A stretch of 64,000 bases of DNA from a virus: the IMG/VR virus record IMGVR_UViG_3300009124_000002, positions 32,001 to 96,000 of that record, one strand, 5' to 3'. The notes beneath the pieces are model-generated. The model did no database searches, was not told where the DNA came from, and worked only from the letters and a program-made list of their open reading frames with translations. A program made the translations under genes and the position numbers. Within the stretch, counting starts at the first letter, position 1. Every line of letters starts with the position of its first letter. Below are positions 45,307 through 55,263 of the stretch, one piece after another.

Positions 45307-46338
45307 TCAATCTTCAAGCATTGGTGAATGTGCAACAGTGAATTTCTGACGAATCACTTCGGCAAAGTCTGTATTATCTATAATGGGCTTCCAGAAGTCT
45401 CCCTTCATGGTATCTGCTGCTCGACAATTGCTGGCAGCAAGTTCCTTCTTGGTTGCAGGATCGATGGGCATATACCAACCATTCTTTGGCTTGATAACAT
45501 GACCAGTCTGTAGTGCAACATCCAGAAGACCAGACCACTTTTCAATTCCACCTTCCCAAGAAACTGAAATTGGAATCTTGGACTTCTCACGAACAAAGCG
45601 AGACTTCTCGACATTGATTACAAAGTGATAACCCTGAATCTCAGTTCCAACCTTATCCTGCTGGCGACCAATGATCCAGATGTTATCAGCGGAGTAGTAT
45701 GCACCGGTTCCACCAGATACGATGTCCTTGGGGAACATACCCTGTTCCTTGTAGGTATGATTGATCGTCAGAAGAGGAATGTCCTTCATTGCCAAGTGAG
45801 GAGTCAGCATACGAAAGAGAGACTTCAATGCCTTGGCGCGGGTCATGTCAGCAACACTCTTTTCATTCAGGGCATCCTCAACCTCTTTCTTAGAAGCGAC
45901 ATTACCAATAGAGTCAATGACAATGACAACCTTCTCATCACGCTTGAGTTCATTCAACTGATGAATCAAGTCGAACTTCAGAACCTCAATGTCAGTGACA
46001 GGAGTATGAAGAACACGATCCGTATCGATACCAAAGGATTCAAAGTATGATTGTGGCGAACCAAATTCACTATCATAGAACAGCAATGCTGCATCATCAT
46101 ACTTCTTGAGATATGCAGATGCCATTAGCAGTGCAAAGGATGTCTTGAAGTGTTTGCTTGGTCCTGCCAGCATTGTGTGACCGGGAGCAAGACCACCATC
46201 AAGTGAACCAGACAATGCCACATTGAGCATTGGAACTGAGGTTGGAATCATGTCCTTCTTGGTGAAGAACTTTGAGTCAGTGAGAACAGAGACGTTCTCA
46301 ACCTTACTTGATTTTTTGAGTCTATCGATTAGTGACAT
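45307..46338 (-). CDS. uvsX: RecA-like recombinase UvsX
   Basis: LNVALSG, GPSKHFKT, YDSEFG, DMTRAK. Confidence 0.95.
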   Translation of the reverse strand: MSLIDRLKKSSKVENVSVLTDSKFFTKKDMIPTSVPMLNVALSGSLDGGLAPGHTMLAGPSKHFKTSFALLMASAYLKKYDDAALLFYDSEFGSPQSYFESFGIDTDRVLHTPVTDIEVLKFDLIHQLNELKRDEKVVIVIDSIGNVASKKEVEDALNEKSVADMTRAKALKSLFRMLTPHLAMKDIPLLTINHTYKEQGMFPKDIVSGGTGAYYSADNIWIIGRQQDKVGTEIQGYHFVINVEKSRFVREKSKIPISVSWEGGIEKWSGLLDVALQTGHVIKPKNGWYMPIDPATKKELAASNCRAADTMKGDFWKPIIDNTDFAEVIRQKFTVAHSPMLED

Positions 46339-46341
46339 AGT

Positions 46342-46794
46342 TTAGATATTGATTTTACGGTATTCTACTTTTGCTTCTTTGAAGAATTCTGCTGCTCTCA
46401 TTGTGGATGACATCCATTGTGGGGAAGCTTCCATTGTATTTACAATGACTCTCTTGATGCCTACCTGAATAACAGTCTTGGCGCATTCATGACAAACGGG
46501 AAGACCATACACATAAAGAGTGGTGCCGTTCAGACACTTTCCTTTCCTTGCAGCAGTGCAGATTGCATTCACCTCTGCATGAACAGTGTAATTGTATTTC
46601 ACGACACGGTTTTCAAATCTTTCACCTGTATCTTGAAATCCACGGGGAAAGCCATTATATCCCATAGAGACAACATCATGACTTGGACCTTCTTCAGCAA
46701 TCACTGCACCAATCTTGGTTGTATCTTTAGACCAAGATGAGATGTGTTTTGCGAGCTCAAGGAACTTACGGTTCCACTTTTGCTCAGAGGTCAT
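46342..46794 (-). CDS. cd: dCMP deaminase
   Basis: GYNGFPRG, HAEVNAI, CHEC. Confidence 0.9.
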   Translation of the reverse strand: MTSEQKWNRKFLELAKHISSWSKDTTKIGAVIAEEGPSHDVVSMGYNGFPRGFQDTGERFENRVVKYNYTVHAEVNAICTAARKGKCLNGTTLYVYGLPVCHECAKTVIQVGIKRVIVNTMEASPQWMSSTMRAAEFFKEAKVEYRKINI

Positions 46795-46972
46795 TGGTTT
46801 TGTTTCGTTGTTCTTCACAAGCTTCGGCAATATATTCACAGTATTCTTGGAGGGTTTTGAGGTTAATGGACGAGACGGTAGAAAGACCATATTTGTCAAT
46901 CATTTGTTTTAATTCATTTGCCTTGACCATAATCTTGTGATGTGATGTTTCTTCCATTTCAATTATTATACA

Positions 46973-47524
46973 CTATTTTGAGGGAGAAGTAAACCACTTA
47001 GGTGTAGGGCGTTTTGTCCAGACCATCTTGAATCTCTTCTGTTTGGTCTTGTAGAAAGAACGATAGGAATTGATTGGATCTGGTCCCATGCATTCTGGAT
47101 TTGAACTCATTGCCAAGCGGAATGGAGTCATTCCTGCAATTGGAATTGAATTTGGGCAATCTGCAAGGGCATCGATAAGCTTGGTCTCAGTGACATGAGT
47201 CTTTCCGTATCGATGAGTGTACTCCTCACACAAAGCGACAAAGAGTTCAAAATGCCAATAGTAATTGTCACTGCTTTCTCTTGTCCAAATAGCGCATGGG
47301 TGATTGTAAGAGACGCACTGATACATTTGATTCTCACGGGCATCAGGCAGAACCCATGTGCGATGTTTGCGACCATTGCGAACCTGAATCTGCTCAGTGC
47401 CATCCAGCATACGATGAGCAGTAGATAGCATCTGAGCAGATTCTAGGATCATCTTGACAACGTGCTTGTCACAGTGTTCACGGGCAGCAATCTCAGGGTT
47501 TTCATTCAAGACAAAGATGTTCAT
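46973..47524 (-). CDS. pyrimidine-dimer DNA glycosylase-like protein
   Basis: MNIFVL...HCDKHVVKMILESAQMLSTAH, NHPC..W. Confidence 0.75.
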   Translation of the reverse strand: MNIFVLNENPEIAAREHCDKHVVKMILESAQMLSTAHRMLDGTEQIQVRNGRKHRTWVLPDARENQMYQCVSYNHPCAIWTRESSDNYYWHFELFVALCEEYTHRYGKTHVTETKLIDALADCPNSIPIAGMTPFRLAMSSNPECMGPDPINSYRSFYKTKQKRFKMVWTKRPTPKWFTSPSK

Positions 47525-47668
47525 AATAAAAGAGATTATACACTATTGTCAGTCATCAGTCAATGGTTGATTTCAAACTTACCCCAGACTTGATTCCAGA
47601 CCTGATTTTTGGGTGTCCCTTTTTCCTTGAAAGGAAACGGAAGATCTGGTTTACGCCTGTTTCTCATC

Positions 47669-48190
47669 TTAGTAATTTTTGGTTGCTTCTATGATTTCCT
47701 CAAAGTCAATTGGCGTTTGATTTATTTGCTCGACGCTCACATTAAAATAGCGCAAGTCTGGTTTGCCATCAAGCAAAACTTTTCGTGCGTGAATGTGACC
47801 GTGAATGTTGGCTTTGCACCAATCCGCAATAGATTCTGGATGGACCGGAATGTGTGTTAAGATAAACTTAAATAGCTTATGACTTCCGCGAATATCTTTA
47901 AAGTGTTTTAAATAGTCTTTGGCTTTGAAGATGTCATGGTTTCCTTTGATTAGAATTTTACGACCGTTTAATCTATCAAGAATATCAAGTCCTTTTCTGC
48001 CAATTGCGACATCGCCAAGGTGATAAACTTTATCGTCTTTTCCAACAACACGATTCCAGTTATCGGTCATTATTTGGTCACCTTCCTCTGAATTTGAAGC
48101 CCAAGGACGCATCAACTCACCAGATTCTGTGGCAAATCTGTAGCAGTTATTGTGACAGAAATGAGTATCTGAAATGAGGAATGTTTTCAA
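47669..48190 (-). CDS. metallophosphoesterase
   Basis: SDTHF, LGD, GNHD, HGHIH. Confidence 0.9.
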   Translation of the reverse strand: MKTFLISDTHFCHNNCYRFATESGELMRPWASNSEEGDQIMTDNWNRVVGKDDKVYHLGDVAIGRKGLDILDRLNGRKILIKGNHDIFKAKDYLKHFKDIRGSHKLFKFILTHIPVHPESIADWCKANIHGHIHARKVLLDGKPDLRYFNVSVEQINQTPIDFEEIIEATKNY

Positions 48191-48193
48191 AAC

Positions 48194-49937
48194 TCACAGT
48201 TCCTCACTTATGTATTTTAATGCCAGTTCTTTGGAACCGCAAACGTATCGATCCTCGTAACCACCCTTCATTGTCCGAAACAGAATCCAGTTGGGGCTAT
48301 AGACACGAACCTCACCATCCAGAGTTCTAGCACGACAGAAGGTTGCGTATCGGTATTTCTTGTCTTGACTGAGACCAGTATTAATTCCATAAACTTGATC
48401 AAGGTCTGCTTCTTGCAGTGCCTCGATCAAGTCTTCTAGGATTTCTTCACGCTTGCTCATTGACAAACTCTTTCAAGAATTCAATTTCCTTCTCAACATC
48501 CTCTTCGGTAAGGTAACCATTCACCTTACTGCCCCACTCAGGAACTTCTTCAAGGTCACCAGAGGGACCATAGAAACCAATCTCGTAGTGACCCTCCCTG
48601 CCCCCATAAGACCAATCATGACGAATCACAGAGGCTTTACAGCCATTACCCAAATCGACAATGGCTTGAATGGCATCCAGACCAAATGCCGAACCCATCT
48701 TTTCAAATTGCAATTCATTGAATTTCATTTTATCGCTTGTTCTTGTTTTTCTCATACCAATATTTTCCTGAATCCCGGAGCATTTCATTGCTGTTTCGGA
48801 TATGCTCTAGTTCTGCCTTGATCGTCTCATAGAGCGATTCCGCAAACCGTAGTTTGTTCTCTTCAGCGAGATCTTTAAGTTCATCAACCATGTGAATGAC
48901 ATGGTCGATGTAGGGACACGTATTTGCCGGGATGGGCGGGGATTCATCTTTTTTGTTCATGAATTATCTATGTTCTCAAGCACATCCTCCAAGAAGTCAA
49001 CTTCAGACTTCTTTTGAATCAGTTTTTCTCGCACTTCACTGGCAAGCCATTTCTTGTCGTGCATTCGACGTTTGAACTGCTCCCAACCCACGCACTGTTC
49101 CCCAGCAACAACTAGTTGAAAGAGTTTCATTCTATCTTCAGGTTTCATTTCGTTTTTCATATCAATCCTCCACTTCCAATTCAACAACATACCAATTATC
49201 GCAGTAACGCAGGTTTTCCTTATACTTTCCATTAGCAGCTTCGTTAGCCTTATCTTCCGAAGAAAACAAAGAAACCAAAGAAACCAACTCAGTGCCTGAG
49301 TAGTTATACTCTTTGAACAATCCGTAAACTTTCATAATTTTGATACTATTAGATTTTTTGTTGTATGTCAAGTTTATTGCCCACTCATGACAAATGTGGA
49401 CTTGTCGAGGCGAGCGACATACCTCTGACCAACACCACCTTGAGCAACACCATCACGCCTCCAAGGGATGATGGTCACAAAGGCAGAGTTCCCCTCAATC
49501 TCATCAACGCGAACAATCGCGCCAAAGTTCTCAATGATGTCACCAACCTTGATGTTGGTCTTGTAGTTGGGTTTGAGTTTCATATCGGTATTCATAATTC
49601 AATTCATTTCTTAGCTGATACCAGACCAACGAACCCTGCTGAAGTCACCAGTGAAGATGTTCCCGCGAGAGAAATTAGTGGCGGGAGCCTTCCATGAAGC
49701 TGCCTTGAGAATGTCGCCCTTGGCAAATCCCTTCTTGGGGTTGTCCTTCTTGGCAACAAACCCAACCACGCTCCTCTGATTCCCAGAGTCAACGAAAACC
49801 TTGTCGTAGTTGCGACCAGAATCGTCAAGGTGAAAGGTGTATCCAAGGCGAATTCCAGAAGGGCGATTGGCATCCTGCTTGCCCCAATCGTTTCGAATGT
49901 GGGAGAGGAGGTTGTTCAGTGCTTTTTCGTAGCTCAT
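48194..49937 (-). other. run of ~7 small early hypothetical genes
   Basis: ORFs 48194-48466, 48447-~48728, 48730-48960, 48957-~49160, 49162-49335, 49374-49595, 49611-49937 behind promoters near 49343-49371 and 49963. Confidence 0.65.
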
Positions 49938-49962
49938 AGCGTTCTTTCTCATTACGAGAAAG

Positions 49963-50011
49963 ATTCTGCCTGAAGATCGCGGATCCGACAACCCCTAAAA
50001 GCACTTTTTTT
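49963..50011 (-). promoter_or_regulatory. early promoter cassette (identical to 15589-15637)
   Basis: 49-bp exact repeat containing TTGTCG-17-CAGAAT. Confidence 0.8.
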
Positions 50012-50036
50012 CACTTTTTTCGTAAGCTCCGCAGTA

Positions 50037-50588
50037 TTAGGAACTTACAACTTTCAGGAGAAAATCCACGATATTTTCAGTGTTTTCATGGGTTTCATGT
50101 GGCATCTCGATCACGCATCCCTTCTCCTCTCCGAAAAGGGTCTGTTTTGGTCCGAACTCCGTGATAATATTCTGGACCTTGGTGCGGACTGTGGAGATGA
50201 ACCTTTCGGGCTGACTCGAGCCTCTCTCGGCGTATCTCCGCTCCCTCTCGGCGTCCGAGACCGTCAGGTGGAGGATGGTCAGATCATCACCGCAGGAGGA
50301 AAAGAAAGTCTTGTTGTTTAGACGATCTCCTTCTCCCACGATCACTTCATTCGGTTTCCCAGAAACGAACTTGACTGCTTCAGGGCAAACCGCCATGGAC
50401 AAGCGATCGGTTCCACTGAAAGTCTCGCCCTCTTCATACTTACCAAGCACACGAATGTTGCCTGATATATGAGTGTCAAGGAGATTGACAGGTCGATCCG
50501 AGGTCCACCCATCAAAACGACTCATGAATTCCTTCATGACCGTAGACTTGCCGGAGCCGGGAAGTCCAATGAGATAAACAACCTTCAT
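50037..50588 (-). CDS. P-loop nucleotide/DNA kinase of base-modification systems
   Basis: GLPGSGKST, FSGTDRLSM, EGDRL, RGS.Q. Confidence 0.75.
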   Translation of the reverse strand: MKVVYLIGLPGSGKSTVMKEFMSRFDGWTSDRPVNLLDTHISGNIRVLGKYEEGETFSGTDRLSMAVCPEAVKFVSGKPNEVIVGEGDRLNNKTFFSSCGDDLTILHLTVSDAERERRYAERGSSQPERFISTVRTKVQNIITEFGPKQTLFGEEKGCVIEMPHETHENTENIVDFLLKVVSS

Positions 50589-51991
50589 GCGAAGAAATCG
50601 TCAAGTGTGCTTACTTGTTGGCGAGCTTCGGGGTGATATTGTTTGAGCATATCCTCGCCACCTCGGTCAGCAAGATAATCATACCATTCACCCTCATCCC
50701 ACATTGAAGGAGAAACTCCATTCCAAAATGGTTTCCAGAGAGGATGTTCCTCATTCTTGCGGCGATCATCAACGTATTGCTTACGAAGTGCTTCGTATTC
50801 CCATGAGCCAAGCTTGTCCATATCTTCACGAAAATAGAAGACCAACGACATACGCAACATGTCTTCATCACCAGAATCAGGCGCAGAGATCGGAGTATTA
50901 CCATGAATGATTCTCATGTTATCAATCAGCAGTAGATCTCCCGGTCGAATGTTGATTGCTGCACGAACTTCTGGTGTTACCAGATAACCACCTTTCCAAT
51001 CTTTACCGTCCTTGGTCACAACTGTGAGGTTGGAATACCCAGCATTCAAAGAACCGGCATCACGATGACAAGCCATGCGAGCATTGCGATCCTTGCTTGT
51101 GGTGTTAACAGTAATTGTAGTGAATGTGGTGTCTTCTCCGATTAGAAAGCGATTGTCAAGACGATCAGCAAACTCTTTCTGTTTTGCCCATCTTTCAGGA
51201 AGCAATCGCTTGAACTCAGCTTCAAGTTTGCGGGCAAAGGGGTAGCACTTATCAAACTGCTCTCGGTTATGATCGGTGTAAGCTGTTGCGCGACCATAAG
51301 GAATCCGAGGATACCGACCATAGAAACCAGCAATGCCAGACCAGATTGGAGTAGCGTAACTGGTAGCAGAAACAAACTCTTTTCTCAGCTTCTTCGAGTA
51401 TGCTTTAGCATCATCAATAGACATACCAATCATCTTCTCAAGAGCCAACGGGAAGAAACCTTCGTATGTCCCAAACTCTTTCTCAACTCGAGAGCGCAAC
51501 CACACCTCACCGCGAGTCTCATACTTTTTGTTTTGGTGCTGTTGAAAGATGTTATCAAGAGGATCATCGCCATCGATAGACTGTGGTTGACCTTGTTCAA
51601 AGTGAGCAAGAATATCTTGCTGATAAGGAGTCACCCAATCTCTATTCCCGTCCTTGTCACCTCTGGGACCAGCTGCATGCCCACGGTTATTGGATTCAAC
51701 AGCAGCTTCATACAGACCATCGAAAGCGCCAAGCTGTTCTTCCGGCGTGAACGTGCCTTTGCGAAACTTAAAGGCAACGCAATCTTCACCTAGCTCATCT
51801 CCGGCATCGAAGCCATTCTTTGGCAAGTAGAAATCAGCATCGCTATCAACAAGAATATCGTATGATCCCTCATCAACCAACTTACCAAGAAGGTCATCTT
51901 CATTAACCACAAATTGGGCAATATAGACATCTTGACCCTCATCGCCTTTGAACTTCTTCCACTTCCGACCGTTTTTTTCGATTATTTCCAT
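50585..51991 (-). CDS. TET/JBP family 2OG-Fe(II) dioxygenase
   Basis: FTTITVN, HRDAG (HxD), GDLLL, HGNT, RMSLVFYFR. Confidence 0.85.
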   Translation of the reverse strand: MEIIEKNGRKWKKFKGDEGQDVYIAQFVVNEDDLLGKLVDEGSYDILVDSDADFYLPKNGFDAGDELGEDCVAFKFRKGTFTPEEQLGAFDGLYEAAVESNNRGHAAGPRGDKDGNRDWVTPYQQDILAHFEQGQPQSIDGDDPLDNIFQQHQNKKYETRGEVWLRSRVEKEFGTYEGFFPLALEKMIGMSIDDAKAYSKKLRKEFVSATSYATPIWSGIAGFYGRYPRIPYGRATAYTDHNREQFDKCYPFARKLEAEFKRLLPERWAKQKEFADRLDNRFLIGEDTTFTTITVNTTSKDRNARMACHRDAGSLNAGYSNLTVVTKDGKDWKGGYLVTPEVRAAINIRPGDLLLIDNMRIIHGNTPISAPDSGDEDMLRMSLVFYFREDMDKLGSWEYEALRKQYVDDRRKNEEHPLWKPFWNGVSPSMWDEGEWYDYLADRGGEDMLKQYHPEARQQVSTLDDFFA

Positions 51992-52006
51992 ATCTGTTAT
52001 ATTCTA

Positions 52007-53020
52007 CTAAACTATGAACTTATCCAACCCAATATCATTTATCTCATTCGAGAAGGTGCCTCTATGATCAATCTTCCCACTATCAAGGAAGAGAGACATC
52101 TTACCCTTATTCACACAATTTGTCAAGTATTCTTCTCGTAGAGTTTCTCTCCTTGCGTCCCACATAGGTTGCCAATCAATACCGAACCAATTGTCTCCCT
52201 CAACCTTCTGAATCTCTTCAGCCTGTCGGTCAATGTAGTATCCAAGGTAGCGACCATTGCGAACTCGAAACAACTTCTTGAACGAACACAGACATGTTTC
52301 CATGGCAAAATAATCTGCCTTGTCTGCTACATTAGGAAATCTCTTCCTCACTTCAGCCAGCATCTCTGCTGCCCTTGAATTCAACATAGAAAGTTGGTCC
52401 TTGTTTAGTCTCTGATTGACCCACTCGTCTTCACCAACAGCATAGCAAAGACCATTGCGATGAGAACGGCTTCCTGAGTAGTCATGCAACCAAAGATTGT
52501 CAACATCCAGATTCACCTTGGCGCATTGCTTTAGAGTCTGAAGGTAGAACCATGAAGTGTAACGTCCGAACTTGTGCCAACCATTGACCTGCTCCCACAG
52601 GTTCTGAAAGGTTTGATTTGCATCATCAGTCAAATGCTCAGAAAACCTTTCGTGTTGCGTCTTATCGCCAACCCATTCCTTGTAAGACTCAAACTGATCA
52701 GCCAAATGCCCCTTGTTCCATTTGGTGTCCGTTTGATAGCGCAACCGACTGTAGTTTTCGTTGTTCCACTCACGAAGACGTTCAACACCTACCAACTCCA
52801 TATCAGGAAATTCATTCCAGATGAGGTAAGCTGTGGGGAAGTGATACGTTGTCCCATACAACCAAACCAACCAATACTTTTGCTCAAGATTGTATTCAAA
52901 CCGATCAAAGAAATAGTTGGTCATGTAGAGAGCAGAGTCGCAATCATCTAACTCAAGGGACCAACCAAACCAATTGATGAATGCTTCTTCTCTGTTTTCT
53001 TTAAGTCTGTAATCCATCAT
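52007..53020 (-). CDS. amino acid:DNA transferase (aGPT-Pplase2-like)
   Basis: EQKYW..WLY...Y, FGRY..W.YL, ETCLCSFKK, RYLGYYIDR. Confidence 0.75.
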   Translation of the reverse strand: MMDYRLKENREEAFINWFGWSLELDDCDSALYMTNYFFDRFEYNLEQKYWLVWLYGTTYHFPTAYLIWNEFPDMELVGVERLREWNNENYSRLRYQTDTKWNKGHLADQFESYKEWVGDKTQHERFSEHLTDDANQTFQNLWEQVNGWHKFGRYTSWFYLQTLKQCAKVNLDVDNLWLHDYSGSRSHRNGLCYAVGEDEWVNQRLNKDQLSMLNSRAAEMLAEVRKRFPNVADKADYFAMETCLCSFKKLFRVRNGRYLGYYIDRQAEEIQKVEGDNWFGIDWQPMWDARRETLREEYLTNCVNKGKMSLFLDSGKIDHRGTFSNEINDIGLDKFIV

Positions 53021-53661
53021 AGAAACGCATCTATTGTAACTGGTTCTGCGATACTTTCAAGAGAATTTCTGAGCCATGAATCACCAACAGCCTTGATTGC
53101 CCCAAGAACCTTCTCTGTTTTCTTGACGCCAAATCCATGAGACTCAAGGGATTCATTTAAAAATTGACACACAACCTTGGCGTCTGGAACGGCAAGTTTC
53201 GGAGACGCTATAGCTTTCTCTCGAAACTCAAGTTGTTCCTTGCGGGTTGGGAAAAGTGGCTGGTCGCTGCGCAATGAGCCAGAACGATCCACTGCCCAGA
53301 ACACAAGACCGTTTCGATTATGCCATGTCACAGAAGTTGGAGTACATGATAACTTCAATCTTCTCATACCCGAGTTGTATGCATCAGCCATGACTTCCTC
53401 CCATATGCGACTTGCATATCCATTGCCTTCTTTGCCTTCGATTGTGACTATCTCATAAAGGTTAATATACTTCGACCTTTGGCTGTATGTGGCAAATACA
53501 AGGGCGACGACTTCTCCGTTATCCTTTAGTGCAAAGGGAGGGTGCTTATCATAATTCTTGAAGCGATACCAGAGGCTATGAGCAGCAGAAAGAAACTTGG
53601 TGTTCTTTCCCGGCGAAGACTCATTGATAATATCCTCGGTGTTTTTAATTCTTTCTATCAT
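53017..53661 (-). CDS. GNAT-like acetyltransferase
   Basis: LYEIVT....GNGYASRI acetyl-CoA motif. Confidence 0.65.
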   Translation of the reverse strand: MIERIKNTEDIINESSPGKNTKFLSAAHSLWYRFKNYDKHPPFALKDNGEVVALVFATYSQRSKYINLYEIVTIEGKEGNGYASRIWEEVMADAYNSGMRRLKLSCTPTSVTWHNRNGLVFWAVDRSGSLRSDQPLFPTRKEQLEFREKAIASPKLAVPDAKVVCQFLNESLESHGFGVKKTEKVLGAIKAVGDSWLRNSLESIAEPVTIDAFL

Positions 53662-54329
53662 CGCTGCAAGTCCTTTATTTGATTCTCTTCAATAAAGTCT
53701 CTGTGCATGTCCATTATGGTTCTTTGTGCGCTATATTGACGAAACATTTCGCACTTCTGGGGATTAACCAAACCAGCTCGAAGAGCGATATCTTTGGTTG
53801 AGGTAAAAACAACATCACTGTCATTGAACACTGTTTTCCAAAGAGGTCTTGCCTCATTACGATATGCCCAAATCATTTTAGACGCATGAAGTTCAATCAC
53901 TGCCATACTACTAGGGCGAAAGAAAGTGAGTGGGTTCTTATCGTTCTCAAGCGCACGAAGAATAAGCTCGCTGTCATTTTTGGTTTCAGTCTTGTAACAC
54001 CATTTGTCTGGTGGTTCCTGAGATATGACGCCATTGTGAACTATGGAGATTTGTCCATTGCTAAATGGTTGATTGTATCTTAGGTCTGATGTTGAGTATC
54101 GAATGTGACCAATAAGAGAAACGCTTCCATCAGAATCAATCACCCGATTAAGGTCAAACGTATCAAGAAACTCTTCTGACGGAACGCTTTCCTTGAATGT
54201 TTTCAATACACCATCAACCACATAACTGATTCCTGTTGCGTGTTTTCCGCGAATCATAGACTGTTGGAAGATCCTTTGAATCAACCCAACGTCTGCCTGT
54301 TTCATTTGTATTCCGATTACTGCGCACAT
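53658..54329 (-). CDS. stand-alone class II (Ntn) glutamine amidotransferase
   Basis: N-terminal MC, RG..ATG, GHIRYST, NQPF, HNGVI, NDSE. Confidence 0.85.
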   Translation of the reverse strand: MCAVIGIQMKQADVGLIQRIFQQSMIRGKHATGISYVVDGVLKTFKESVPSEEFLDTFDLNRVIDSDGSVSLIGHIRYSTSDLRYNQPFSNGQISIVHNGVISQEPPDKWCYKTETKNDSELILRALENDKNPLTFFRPSSMAVIELHASKMIWAYRNEARPLWKTVFNDSDVVFTSTKDIALRAGLVNPQKCEMFRQYSAQRTIMDMHRDFIEENQIKDLQR

Positions 54330-55249
54330 AAAACGTGTTGTATTGCTCTGTCTGCTTCTGCTTCCATAGGTCTGTTCTTATACCATGCACCCGATTGGTT
54401 GTCTATCTCTCGGCACAAGGCGGCGATTTCATAACAAGTTATGGGATAACCTCTGCGAATAGCTTTACTTGCGATGCTGGTCATTATCCGATACATGTGT
54501 CGATACCAACCAGTGCCGGAGATCAAAAAGTATTGTTCGACTAATTCTCTGTTGATAAACGGGCAATCTTGCCAACCAACCCAACTGTATTCTCTGTTCG
54601 TAAGTGTTCCCAGTTTAGATTGCATGACCTTTCTTTGCATATCCTCAGGCAACCCATGAACAAGTGTCTGTGGCTGAGTGTTTACGAAAGGATGCTTTCG
54701 CATAAAAGCAAATGGATTCAAGTATTCGCCTTTGTGCGTGAAGATGAAATTGTGAGCACCGGGGTATCGGGCAGGAACGTAATACATTCGACTGACATCT
54801 TTGGTTTGCTTATCGCCCATTGTCGCAAACTCAGTGTTCATAGCATGCCAAAAGTGACGTAGTTTATCAGCAAGCACCACGCCATTGAAAGGAAGGACAA
54901 CACGAAACTTTGGGTGATCTTCGGTAGACGAAGCAGTTGAGTAGCACACATAATAGTAGTCTGAGAAGACCACCAGTGCATCATCAAAAGAACCCTCATA
55001 CTCATCAACATCAAGTGCTGCCCAACCATTCCATGAAACCACATTGTCGTTTGCTCGAGTTGTCCCTTCCTTGTATGAGGCAGGGCTGATTAACGCCGAT
55101 CCTCTTTTTCTGTCTCCTCTTTTGGGCTTGTAACCTGGCTGCTCGCTAAGGGAATACAACAATTTCTCAAAGCCTTCGAAGGAATCGAAAGACATCTTTC
55201 GATGAGTCTTGTTATCAAAGATACCCTGAAAGAGTGTTAGCGAAGTCAT
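54317..55249 (-). CDS. primase-polymerase-like protein
   Basis: ALDVD, YSTASS....KFRVVLP, D...KD.SRMYYVP. Confidence 0.7.
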   Translation of the reverse strand: MTSLTLFQGIFDNKTHRKMSFDSFEGFEKLLYSLSEQPGYKPKRGDRKRGSALISPASYKEGTTRANDNVVSWNGWAALDVDEYEGSFDDALVVFSDYYYVCYSTASSTEDHPKFRVVLPFNGVVLADKLRHFWHAMNTEFATMGDKQTKDVSRMYYVPARYPGAHNFIFTHKGEYLNPFAFMRKHPFVNTQPQTLVHGLPEDMQRKVMQSKLGTLTNREYSWVGWQDCPFINRELVEQYFLISGTGWYRHMYRIMTSIASKAIRRGYPITCYEIAALCREIDNQSGAWYKNRPMEAEADRAIQHVLCAQ

Positions 55250-55263
55250 GCCTCTATTATACC

